The notes beneath the pieces were generated by a model, which saw nothing but the letters and a program-made list of their open reading frames with translations, was not told the origin of the DNA and did not search any database. A stretch of 64,000 nt of DNA from Solirubrobacterales bacterium (lineage in GTDB: Bacteria > Actinomycetota > Thermoleophilia > Solirubrobacterales > Solirubrobacteraceae), in NCBI GenBank assembly GCA_038200435.1, contig JBBPXY010000015.1, positions 6,396-70,395 on the forward strand, read 5' to 3'. The translations under genes and the position numbers were made by a program. This document shows positions 1-7,864 of the stretch, piece after piece (position 1 is the stretch's first letter; each line of letters begins with the position of its first letter).

Positions 1-763
1 GGAAGTACGCGTGGAAGTCGTTGGAGAGGGACAGCCGCGGGTTGAGCAACAGCGTCTTCGTCTGCCACTCATAGAGCCCGAGCGCGCCGAAGACGAGAGC
101 GAGACCGACGAGCGCGATCAGGCAGCGGCGCAGGACAGGGAGGTCCCAGCGGCGATCTGCCAGCAGCGCGTAGAGCAGCGAGAACGGCACGTAGAAGAAG
201 ACCATCTGCTGGAGCGCCTTCTCGGCATCGTCGGAGTAGGCGCCCTGGATCGCATAGAGGAGCACCGAGGCTGCGAGCACGCGCTCGAGCCAGCTGGGGC
301 TCCAGCCCCCGGCCGCTTCGGACTCAGGCGGGATCCCCGCGGGTGGTCGCAGCTGCGGAACAACGTCGGCAAACGTCCCGGCGGCGATCACGAGATAGAG
401 CGGGACGAGGAGGTTCGCCGTCGCGCCGGCGGCCTGGATCGGTACGCGAAAGGGGACCGCCAGGACGGCAAGGACGGCCAGGGCTTCGGGCCGCGCGGCA
501 AGCACGCGGGCAAGCACGAGGAGCGCCGCAAGCCCGACTAGCCCCGCCACGGCCGCCGGCGCCGGGTGGCGGCCCACCGACTCGAGCGTCGAGGATCCCG
601 AGAGGCTCGCGACGAGCAGGACGGGGGAGAGCACGAGCGCGCCCGCGCGACCCAGGGCCCGTCCCCGTCGAGAGGGCCAAGCGAGCGCGATGGCTGCGGC
701 CGCGGCGACGGCGATCATGCCGAGCACTCCGATCGGACCGGCCAAGGCGATGGGAGGGCTCAC
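1..763 (-). CDS. polytopic integral membrane protein; C-terminal part lies beyond the window edge (partial)
   Basis: It is missing from the ORF track because it has no stop inside the window. Hand translation of the minus frame from GTG at 763 gives VSPPIALAGPIGVLGMIAVAAAAAIALAW. I found no stop triplet down to position 2, where it reads ...LIALVGLALVFGALGLYEWQTKTLLLNPRLSLSNDFHAYF. The listed + ORF 11..541 is its Glu/Arg-rich antisense shadow. Confidence 0.6.
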   Translation of the reverse strand, partial: MSPPIALAGPIGVLGMIAVAAAAAIALAWPSRRGRALGRAGALVLSPVLLVASLSGSSTLESVGRHPAPAAVAGLVGLAALLVLARVLAARPEALAVLAVLAVPFRVPIQAAGATANLLVPLYLVIAAGTFADVVPQLRPPAGIPPESEAAGGWSPSWLERVLAASVLLYAIQGAYSDDAEKALQQMVFFYVPFSLLYALLADRRWDLPVLRRCLIALVGLALVFGALGLYEWQTKTLLLNPRLSLSNDFHAYF

Positions 764-804
764 GCGGGGCGGAAGTGTAGGAGCCGGGCTCTACCGTATG
801 AGGA

Positions 805-1332
805 GTGGCCCGGCTACCCCGCCTTGTGCTCCTCCTTCTTCTTCTGCTCGTGAGTGCCGCCCTGTCGGGGTGCAGCTCGGGTTCGGGCTCGGCCACGCCC
901 ATTCAGGGTGGCGGTAACGGTTCGGGCGACGCCGCTCCTGGCGACTCGCAGGGCAGTGGCTCTGGCGGGGGCGGCGGATTAGCCGGCGGAACCCCGTCGG
1001 GCGGCGGAGGCAGCGCGAGCAGTGGTAGTGGCACATCCGCCGGGGGAGGCAGCCTCGGCGCCTACGACCCGGTCAAGGGCCCGCTGCGCTGCATGCGCTT
1101 GAAGCACGTCCACGCCTACCGCGATGGAGGAACAATCATCCAGGTCGCGCCCAAGCCGACCGGGCCGCGTGTCGTCTTCACCTCGACCCAGGGCGATGCC
1201 CAGGCCGCGCAGATCCATGGCCAGGCCGAGGGCGCCGAGGTCATCGGGGCAGCGTTGTTCTACGTGAACACCGCGTCGGACGGGCTCATCAAGGTGATGG
1301 AGACCTGCCTCGACGCCAGCGGCTCGCGTTAG
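805..1332 (+). CDS. secreted lipoprotein with Gly/Ser-rich linker
   Basis: The N-terminus MARLPRLVLLLLLLLVSAALSGCSSGSG has a charged n-region, a Leu-rich core and an L-S-G-C lipobox. The exact start (GTG 805) is uncertain. Confidence 0.6.
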   Translation: MARLPRLVLLLLLLLVSAALSGCSSGSGSATPIQGGGNGSGDAAPGDSQGSGSGGGGGLAGGTPSGGGGSASSGSGTSAGGGSLGAYDPVKGPLRCMRLKHVHAYRDGGTIIQVAPKPTGPRVVFTSTQGDAQAAQIHGQAEGAEVIGAALFYVNTASDGLIKVMETCLDASGSR

Positions 1333-1524
1333 TCGCGGACGCCCGCAGCGCCAAGGTTACGAAACCTTAAGCACCGGGCCGCGGGCCTTCCAGGCCTCCG
1401 CATCGCCCGTTACGATGCCCCCAGGACGTAAGAGGGAGCCGCGTGCGTGCTTCGGGCACCAACGCCCTCCCTCAGGAGCCTTCCGCTCCCGTCCACTCAT
1501 CGCCATACCTCCGAAGCCCCCGAC

Positions 1525-2490
1525 ATGAACTCCTTCGCCTCCCGACGAATGCTGCCGCTGCAGGTCGCCCTATGGGTGATCCCGATCGCGGGCGTCGTCT
1601 GGTGGGCGTCCAGCCAGAAGGCGCCGCAGCTCCCCGGCTCGCTGGGCGCGGTCATGGGCCTCGTGGCGGCGACCGCCGTCTACGCCGTCGGCACGCTCGG
1701 CCGCGCGGAACGCTGGCACCAGATCCTGGCCGACGCGAACATCCGCCCTTCGCGCCGCGACTCCTACTCGCTCGTGACGATCGGCTACGCCGGCAACAAC
1801 GTGCTTCCGGCCCGCGGCGGTGAGCTGCTGCGCGTGTTCCTGCTCGACTCCCGCACCGAAGCGAGCAAGCGCGCGATTCTCGGTTCGATCCTCGCCGAGA
1901 GGGTGCTCGACGCGGCAGCGCTCGGCATGATCCTCGTGCTCGTCGCGTTCAACCTGATCACGCGGGTGAAGCTTCCGGGCGCCACCGTCCTGCTGGCGAT
2001 CGCCGGCGGACTCGCGCTCGCCGTGGCGATCCTCGCCGTGGTGATCTGGCGCTCGGCAACGCTGGGCGCGCGGCTCATCGAGACTCTCGGCCACATCCTG
2101 CGCCCGTGCCGCGCGCTGCTCAGCCGCCGCGGCGCGTCCCTCCTCGTGCTCTCGGTCGCCATCTGGGGGCTCGAGGCCGCCGTCTACCTCATCGTCGGCG
2201 AGACGCTCAGCCTGCATCTCGGCCTGCGCGACGCTCTCTCGGTGGTCGCCTTCTCCAATCTCTGTGCCTTGATCCCGGCCGCGCCCGGCTACCTGGGCAC
2301 CTACGACTTCGCGGTCGGCGTGGCGGTCAACGCCGCTGTCCGGGTCTCGAGCAGCGTGCTGTTCGCTTACGTGCTGTTGCTGCGCTTCGTGCTCTTCGTG
2401 CCGATCACGCTCGTGGGGCTCGTGCTCCTCTTCGCGCGCTACGGAGGCCTCAGCCGGCTCCGCGCAGCGCGCGCGACCGCCACGGCTTAG
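1525..2490 (+). CDS. flippase-like membrane protein (lysyl-phosphatidylglycerol synthase TM-region / UPF0104 family)
   Basis: ORF 1447..2490, with ATG 1525 (MNSFASRR) chosen as start. It has many TM helices and the family-typical segment GNNVLPARGGELLRVFLL. Confidence 0.6.
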   Translation: MNSFASRRMLPLQVALWVIPIAGVVWWASSQKAPQLPGSLGAVMGLVAATAVYAVGTLGRAERWHQILADANIRPSRRDSYSLVTIGYAGNNVLPARGGELLRVFLLDSRTEASKRAILGSILAERVLDAAALGMILVLVAFNLITRVKLPGATVLLAIAGGLALAVAILAVVIWRSATLGARLIETLGHILRPCRALLSRRGASLLVLSVAIWGLEAAVYLIVGETLSLHLGLRDALSVVAFSNLCALIPAAPGYLGTYDFAVGVAVNAAVRVSSSVLFAYVLLLRFVLFVPITLVGLVLLFARYGGLSRLRAARATATA

Positions 2491-4025
2491 TGTCGACACC
2501 GTCGGCGCGCGCCTCCTCCGGGCCCGCGGCTCTGGACGCGGCGCCCCGGACTCGTGACGGCTCGTCCCCCGCGTTCTCTGAGCGAGTGGCAGCGCTCGCC
2601 CGGCCGGCCACGCGGCGCGACGTCGCGTTCGTCGTCGTCGGCGTACTTGTCGTCGCGGCGCTCACGCTCGCGCTTCCGTCGACCCCGACCTATGACCCGT
2701 GGTCATGGATCGTCTGGGGACGGGAGATCGTGCATGGCTCGCTCGACACGCACAGCGGACCGTCGTGGAAGCCCCTGCCCGTGTTGTTCACGACGGTCTT
2801 TGGTCTGGCCGGCGACGCCGCTCCCGACCTGTGGCTCCTGGTGGCGCGTGCGGGTGGTCTGCTCGCACTCGTGATGGTCTTCCGGCTCGCGGTGCGCCTG
2901 ACCGATCGCCGGGGCGCCCTCGTGGCGGGGCTCTTCGCGGTCTTCGCCCTCACGACGAGCACGGAGTTCGTACGCGGCTGCGCCCTGGGCAACTCGGAGG
3001 GGCTCCTCGTCGCCTTCGTCCTGTTCGCGATCGAGCGCCACGTCGACCGACACCCACGGCAGAGCTTCGCGCTGCTCTACGGTGCGGCGCTGCTGCGTCC
3101 CGAGACGTGGCCCTTCCTCGGCCTTTACGGCCTGTGGCTGCTGCGCCGCGACCGGACCACGTGGAAGCTCGTCATCGGCCTCGGGCTGCTGTTGCCCGTG
3201 CTCTGGTTCGGGCCGGAGCTCTGGGGCTCGGGAGATCTGTTCCGCGCCGGGTCCCGGGCCTCCAACCCCAACCCGAATAGCCCCGCCTTCGCGAAGCACC
3301 CCGCCCTGCAGGTGCTGGAGAACGCCCGGCCCGTGCTGTTCACGCCCGCCAAGATCGGAGCGGTCCTCGCGCTGCTCCTCGGTCTCGTCACCGCGGCGCG
3401 CACGCGCCGCATGAACGTCTGGCTGTGGATCGCGCTGGCCGCCGCCGTGTGGACCGCGCTCGTCGCCGGGATGACCCAAGCCGGCTTCTCGGGCAACCAG
3501 CGATACCTGCAGGTCGCCACCGGCGTCGTATGCGTGCTCGCGGGCACGGGATGGGGGTGGGCCGTGGCCAGAGCGGGCGACCTCGCCCGGCGCTACGGGC
3601 GGCCGCATCGCATGGCGGCCGCCGTGGTCGCCGCCGGGGTGCTCGTGCTCCTGTTCTCCTCGCCTTTCGCCTACCGCCGGATGCAAGCGCTTCACCGAGT
3701 GGAGATCGCGCTGCACTTCCAAGCGATCGTCCGAGGCAGGCTCGAAGAAGGCATCACCCGGCTCGGCGGAGCGAAGGCGGTGCTGGCGTGCGGACATCCG
3801 TACACCTCGGCCCTGCAGGTGCCGGTCGTCTCCTGGTATCTCAACGTCCCGGGCATCGACGTCGGCTTCCGCCCGCAGGCTCCCGGGATCACGATGGCGG
3901 TGAAGAACAACCGCCGGGCCCGCCGGCGACCCGTACCGCCCCCCGACTTCCTGCCGGTCGCCGCAAGCGGCCCGTGGCGGTTCACGGCGCACTGCGCACC
4001 GGGAAAGCAGCTCAGATCGGGGTAG
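2490..4025 (+). CDS. large polytopic membrane protein, GT-C-fold glycosyltransferase-like
   Basis: ORF 2106..4025. Its first ~380 nt overlap the upstream gene and are Arg-rich, so I moved the start to the in-frame GTG at 2490, which overlaps the upstream TAG. More than 10 hydrophobic helices follow VAFVVVGVLVVAALTLAL, and the loop YDPWSWIVWGREIVHG is present. Confidence 0.5.
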   Translation: MSTPSARASSGPAALDAAPRTRDGSSPAFSERVAALARPATRRDVAFVVVGVLVVAALTLALPSTPTYDPWSWIVWGREIVHGSLDTHSGPSWKPLPVLFTTVFGLAGDAAPDLWLLVARAGGLLALVMVFRLAVRLTDRRGALVAGLFAVFALTTSTEFVRGCALGNSEGLLVAFVLFAIERHVDRHPRQSFALLYGAALLRPETWPFLGLYGLWLLRRDRTTWKLVIGLGLLLPVLWFGPELWGSGDLFRAGSRASNPNPNSPAFAKHPALQVLENARPVLFTPAKIGAVLALLLGLVTAARTRRMNVWLWIALAAAVWTALVAGMTQAGFSGNQRYLQVATGVVCVLAGTGWGWAVARAGDLARRYGRPHRMAAAVVAAGVLVLLFSSPFAYRRMQALHRVEIALHFQAIVRGRLEEGITRLGGAKAVLACGHPYTSALQVPVVSWYLNVPGIDVGFRPQAPGITMAVKNNRRARRRPVPPPDFLPVAASGPWRFTAHCAPGKQLRSG

Positions 4026-4040
4026 CACGCTCGAGCGGCC

Positions 4041-4127
4041 CTGTCGCTCCAGTGGACAGTGTGCCCGGTGGACAGAGCTAGGGACGGCTGACCCCATCCC
4101 TGTCCACTGTCGACTGTCCACTGTCCG
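4041..4127. repeat. inverted repeat with tandem heptads in the intergenic spacer
   Basis: GTGGACAG at 4052-4059 and 4068-4075 faces CTGTCCAC at 4100-4107 and 4114-4121. The right arm is four tandem heptads, CTGTCCA CTGTCGA CTGTCCA CTGTCCG (4100-4127), followed by CTTCTTTCG. Confidence 0.7.
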
Positions 4128-4179
4128 CTTCTTTCGCTAACGCAAATCGCCCAAACCGGCAGTTATCCTCAGCTTCCGC

Positions 4180-5736
4180 ATGGCCACCGTCGCTGCTCGC
4201 CGCCTTCCCGCGGTGCCCCGTGTGCGCATCGAGGGACGAGTACCGATCATCCTGCTGGTCGCAGGGCTCACGCTCGTCTCGCTCTTTGTGCGCTCCCGGG
4301 TCATCACCGGCTCGTTCTGGATGGACGAGGGACTGTCCGTGGGCATCGCCTCGCACGGGTTCTTCGACATTCCGGGCGTCCTGCACCAGGACGGTTCGCC
4401 GCCGCTCTACTACATGCTGCTCCACCTCTGGATGGGCGCCTTCGGCCGCTCCGAGGCCACGACGCACGGACTTTCGCTCCTGTTCGCGATCCTCACGATC
4501 CCGAGCGCGCTCTGGGCGGGCTGGAGCCTCTTCGGCCGCCGCGCGGGCATCATCGGCGCCGTCCTCGCGGCGCTCAACCCGTTCCTCACCGCCTACGCCC
4601 AGGAGACGCGGATGTACTCGCTCATGGCGCTCCTGGCCCTGCTCACGTCGGCCTGCCTCGTGCACGTCTATGTCTTCGGGCGCCGCAAGTACATCCCGTT
4701 CTTCGCTGTCGGCCTCGCCGCAATGCTCTACACGCACGGCTGGGGGATCTTCTTCGGCCTGGGTGCCGCCGTGTCGGTGGCCGCGCTCTGGTTCAAGTCC
4801 GAAGATCGCCGCGCGATCGGCCGCGATTTCCTGCTCGGCTTCGGCGGAGCCGCGCTCCTCTTCCTCCCGTGGTTGCCGACGCTACTTTTCCAGGCGGCCC
4901 ACACGGGCGCACCCTGGGGCCATGCTCCCCGGTTCGGCGTTGTCGTGCAGTTCTCGCGCGGCCTGCTCGGAGGAGACCGCGCCGCGGTAGCGCTTCTGCT
5001 CGCTGCCGGTGTGGGCATCGCCGGCGTCGTCAGTGCGCGCCGGGCAGATCAGACGCGGGCCACGCGCACGCTTGCCATCGCGATCGTCGGAACGCTCGCT
5101 GTGGCTTGGGTGCTCTCGCAGATCAGCCCGGCCTGGACGGTGCGCTACTTCGCGGCCGTGCTCGGCCCGGTGCTTCTGATCGCGGCCCTGGGCCTCGCCA
5201 ACGCCGGCCGTCTCGGCCTAGTTGCGCTCGGCCTCGTCGCGCTCTTCTGGATCAACCCGAAGGGCTACACGTCGAGCTACAAGAGCGACGTGCGCGACAT
5301 CGGAGCCAACCTGCGCCCGTTCCTGCACCCCGGCGACCTCGTGATCGTCGCCCAGCCCGAGCAGGTGCCGGTCGTCAACTACTACATGCCGGCGGGCCTT
5401 CGTTACGCCAGCACCATCGGGCCCGTCAGCGATCCGCGTTACATGGATTGGCGCGACTCGCTCGACCGCATCAAGGCGGCTCATCCGCCCCAAGTCCTGC
5501 CGCCTTTGATTGCTAGCCTTAAGCCCGGCCAGCGAGTGGTTCTGGTGCGTCCGATCACGGACGGGATCTACAACTGGACCGCTCCGTGGACTCTCCTGGT
5601 CCGCCGCCGCTCCGCGCAGTGGAGCCAGATGCTCGCGACGGACCCGACCTTGAAGCGCACGGTCACCGCGCCGCAGTTCTACAAGCCGGCTGCGACCGTC
5701 GGCAACAGCGCGGTGCTGTACACCAAGACCGCCTGA
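4180..5736 (+). CDS. glycosyltransferase family 39 (ArnT/PMT-like) membrane protein
   Basis: 518 aa. The N-terminal TM helix is followed by GSFWMDEGLSVGIA (the acidic loop motif typical of GT-C enzymes), about 11 further helices and a soluble C-terminal domain. Confidence 0.7.
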   Translation: MATVAARRLPAVPRVRIEGRVPIILLVAGLTLVSLFVRSRVITGSFWMDEGLSVGIASHGFFDIPGVLHQDGSPPLYYMLLHLWMGAFGRSEATTHGLSLLFAILTIPSALWAGWSLFGRRAGIIGAVLAALNPFLTAYAQETRMYSLMALLALLTSACLVHVYVFGRRKYIPFFAVGLAAMLYTHGWGIFFGLGAAVSVAALWFKSEDRRAIGRDFLLGFGGAALLFLPWLPTLLFQAAHTGAPWGHAPRFGVVVQFSRGLLGGDRAAVALLLAAGVGIAGVVSARRADQTRATRTLAIAIVGTLAVAWVLSQISPAWTVRYFAAVLGPVLLIAALGLANAGRLGLVALGLVALFWINPKGYTSSYKSDVRDIGANLRPFLHPGDLVIVAQPEQVPVVNYYMPAGLRYASTIGPVSDPRYMDWRDSLDRIKAAHPPQVLPPLIASLKPGQRVVLVRPITDGIYNWTAPWTLLVRRRSAQWSQMLATDPTLKRTVTAPQFYKPAATVGNSAVLYTKTA

Positions 5737-5756
5737 CGCACCGCACCGCACCGCAC
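5737..5756. repeat. (CGCAC)x4 pentanucleotide microsatellite
   Basis: Read directly: cgcac cgcac cgcac cgcac, starting immediately after the TGA at 5734-5736. Confidence 0.9.
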
Positions 5757-5793
5757 CGCCTCCCGCAAGCGACGATTAGGACACGACACGCAC

Positions 5794-7314
5794 ATGACTA
5801 CCGAGAACGGAACCACTCCTGCCTCCGGCGACCATCCCGTTGTCGTGCTCGGTGGCGGCCCGGCGGGCCTGACGGCCGGCTATGAGCTGGCCAAGCGCGG
5901 CCGCCCCGTGATCGTCCTCGAGAGCCAGGATCAGCTCGGCGGCCTGGCGCGCACCGAGGAGCGCGACGGCTACCGCTTCGACCTCGGCGGCCACCGCTTC
6001 TTCACCAAGGCCAAGGAGGTCGAGGCCCTGTGGGACGAGATCATGTCCCACGCCAGCGCGAAGAGTGGCCGTGAGGAATGGCTGCTGCGCCCGCGCCAGT
6101 CGCGCATCTACTGGAACAAGAAGTTCCTCGACTACCCGCTTCAGGGCATGGACGTGATCAAGAAGCTCGGCCCGATCGAGCTCACGCGCGCGTTCCTCTC
6201 CTACCTGTGGGCGCAGGTCAAGCCCAAGGGGCCTGAGGACACGTTCGAGCAGTGGGTCTCCAACCGTTTCGGGCGCCGCCTGTTCAACCTGTTCTTCAAG
6301 TCCTACACCGAGAAGGTGTGGGGCGTCTCCACTTCGGAGATCCGGGCCGAGTGGGCCGCGCAGCGCATCAAGGGCCTCTCCTTCATCTCGGCGGCCAAGG
6401 CGGCCTTCTTCGGGAACAAGGGCGAGATCAAGTCGCTGATCTCCGAGTTCAAGTACCCGCGCTACGGCCCCGGTCAGATGTGGGAGCAGATGGCCTCCGA
6501 CATCACCGAGATGGGCGGCGAGGTGCGGATGAACGCACCGGTCACCGGCCTGAAGATCGAGGGTGGGAAGGTCATCGGGGTCGAGACGCCGCAGGGCGTC
6601 CTCGAGGCCTCGCACGTGATCTCGTCACTGCCGCTGCGTACCACGGTGGGCATCGCCCAGCCGGCGGCTGACGCCTCGGTGCAGTCGGCGGCGCGTGGCC
6701 TGCGCTACCGCGACTTCCTCACGGTCTCGCTCGTGATCGACGGGGAGGACCTCTTCCCCGACAACTGGATCTACATCCACGAGCCCGAGGTCACGGTAGG
6801 TCGCATCCAGAACTTCAAGTCCTGGAGCCCGGACATGGTCCCGCCCGGTGTGAACAAGGCCAGTGTCGGCCTCGAGTTCTTCGCCTTCGAAGGCGACGAG
6901 CTGTGGAACATGGCCGACGACGATCTCGTCGAGCTGGCCAAGCGCGAGCTCGAGGAGCTCGGCCTCGCGCGGGCCGACCGGGTCGAGCGGGGCTTCGTGG
7001 TGCGCGTGCACAAGGCCTACCCGATGTACGACGCCGACTACTCCGAGCGGGTCGACACGATCCGCGCCTGGCTCGAGGGCATCGACAACATCACGCAGGT
7101 CGGGCGCAACGGACTCCACCGGTACAACAACTCCGACCACTCGATGCTCAGCTCGCTGCGCGCCGTCGACAACCTCGTGGACGGCACCAAGCACGACATC
7201 TGGGCCGTGAACGCCGAGAGCGCGTACCACGAGGAGGACACGCCCGACGAGCAGCCCTACATCGAGGCGCCTGAGACGAAGGCGATGGAGAGTCCCCTGG
7301 CCAGCGACGTCTGA
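5794..7314 (+). CDS. NAD(P)/FAD-dependent oxidoreductase (amine-oxidase / UDP-galactopyranose-mutase-like fold)
   Basis: Dinucleotide-binding N-terminus [28 protein letters not shown]. It is a clean 506-aa ORF with natural amino-acid composition. Confidence 0.75.
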   Translation: MTTENGTTPASGDHPVVVLGGGPAGLTAGYELAKRGRPVIVLESQDQLGGLARTEERDGYRFDLGGHRFFTKAKEVEALWDEIMSHASAKSGREEWLLRPRQSRIYWNKKFLDYPLQGMDVIKKLGPIELTRAFLSYLWAQVKPKGPEDTFEQWVSNRFGRRLFNLFFKSYTEKVWGVSTSEIRAEWAAQRIKGLSFISAAKAAFFGNKGEIKSLISEFKYPRYGPGQMWEQMASDITEMGGEVRMNAPVTGLKIEGGKVIGVETPQGVLEASHVISSLPLRTTVGIAQPAADASVQSAARGLRYRDFLTVSLVIDGEDLFPDNWIYIHEPEVTVGRIQNFKSWSPDMVPPGVNKASVGLEFFAFEGDELWNMADDDLVELAKRELEELGLARADRVERGFVVRVHKAYPMYDADYSERVDTIRAWLEGIDNITQVGRNGLHRYNNSDHSMLSSLRAVDNLVDGTKHDIWAVNAESAYHEEDTPDEQPYIEAPETKAMESPLASDV

Positions 7315-7330
7315 CGGAGTTCGGACGCGA

Positions 7331-7403
7331 GGGCCGGTAGCTCAGTGGCAGAGCGCCGTACTCTTGGTACGGAAGACCCGTGGTTCGATCCCCGGCTGGC
7401 CCA
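7331..7403 (+). tRNA. tRNA-Lys (anticodon CUU), with a one-nucleotide bulge in the T-stem
   Basis: Hand-folded cloverleaf:
- acceptor GGGCCGG/CTGGCCC
- D arm GCTC-AGTGGCA-GAGC
- anticodon arm CCGTA-CTCTTGG-TACGG (CTT)
- T arm CCG(T)GG-TTCGATC-CCCGG
- discriminator A
No CCA is encoded. Confidence 0.75.
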
Positions 7404-7416
7404 TCTAGGACACGAC

Positions 7417-7770
7417 ATGACTGACGACCCACACGACACCCTGGCCGCCGAGGCCTTTGCCATACCGGCGCCCGACGCGCACTCGGCCGCGGCGGTACCG
7501 CACAACCCGCTCGAGCCCGCGCACGACACGCTGGCCGCGGATGAGTTCGCCATTCCTGCGCCGGATCCGCGCTCAGCAGCTGCGGTTCCGCATAATCCGC
7601 TCGAAGCTCCGCACGACACTCTGGCCGCGGACGAGTTCGCGATCCCGGCGCCCTCTCCGGTGACGCCGAGCACTCCGTCGGTGGGCCGGCGCCGTGCAGG
7701 CGCCGCGCCGCTGCCCGTCGCGGCTCTCGCGCTGGCGGCGTGGGCGCTCGCGCGGCATCGCGCGCGCTGA
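7417..7770 (+). CDS. tandem-repeat protein with C-terminal transmembrane anchor (unknown function)
   Basis: The ATG at 7417 lies inside ORF 7345..7770, whose 5' end overlaps the tRNA. There are 2.5 copies of a 30-aa unit, HDTLAA(E/D)(A/E)FAIPAPD..SAAAVPHNPLE... The C-terminus reads RRRAGAAPLPVAALALAAWALARHRAR. The copies differ mostly at synonymous positions. Confidence 0.6.
   Translation: MTDDPHDTLAAEAFAIPAPDAHSAAAVPHNPLEPAHDTLAADEFAIPAPDPRSAAAVPHNPLEAPHDTLAADEFAIPAPSPVTPSTPSVGRRRAGAAPLPVAALALAAWALARHRAR
7432..7660 (+). repeat. 90-nt tandem repeat (2.5 copies) inside the CDS
   Basis: Units start at 7432, 7522 and 7612, each beginning cacgaca(c/g/t)ctggccgc. Confidence 0.85.
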
Positions 7771-7864
7771 CGTCTGCTCGCGCCTGACAGGGGATACAAA
7801 GTTCCACTCCTCCAGCCCCCCTTCCTAGATCCGAGCCCTCCACCGCGCTCGGAGCGCGAAGCGT

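Noticed and set aside
324-902. Long Arg/Pro/Gly-rich ORFs on the opposite strand or in off-frames of real genes. Examples: 324..902-, 2703..4121-, 5776..6615-, 18902..20074-, 21244..22851-, 25895..27703-, 32734..34248-, 38667..40511-, 46335..47831+ (5' part), 58767..60827-.
   Set aside because: These are typical high-GC shadow ORFs. They show extreme Arg/Ala/Gly/Pro composition and no motifs, and each fully overlaps a gene with clear family signatures and G/C-rich third positions.
7345-7416. The 5' extension of ORF 7345..7770, which covers the tRNA-Lys gene.
   Set aside because: Translating through a tRNA gene is implausible. An internal ATG at 7417, with the shared TAGGACACGAC leader, gives the repeat protein.
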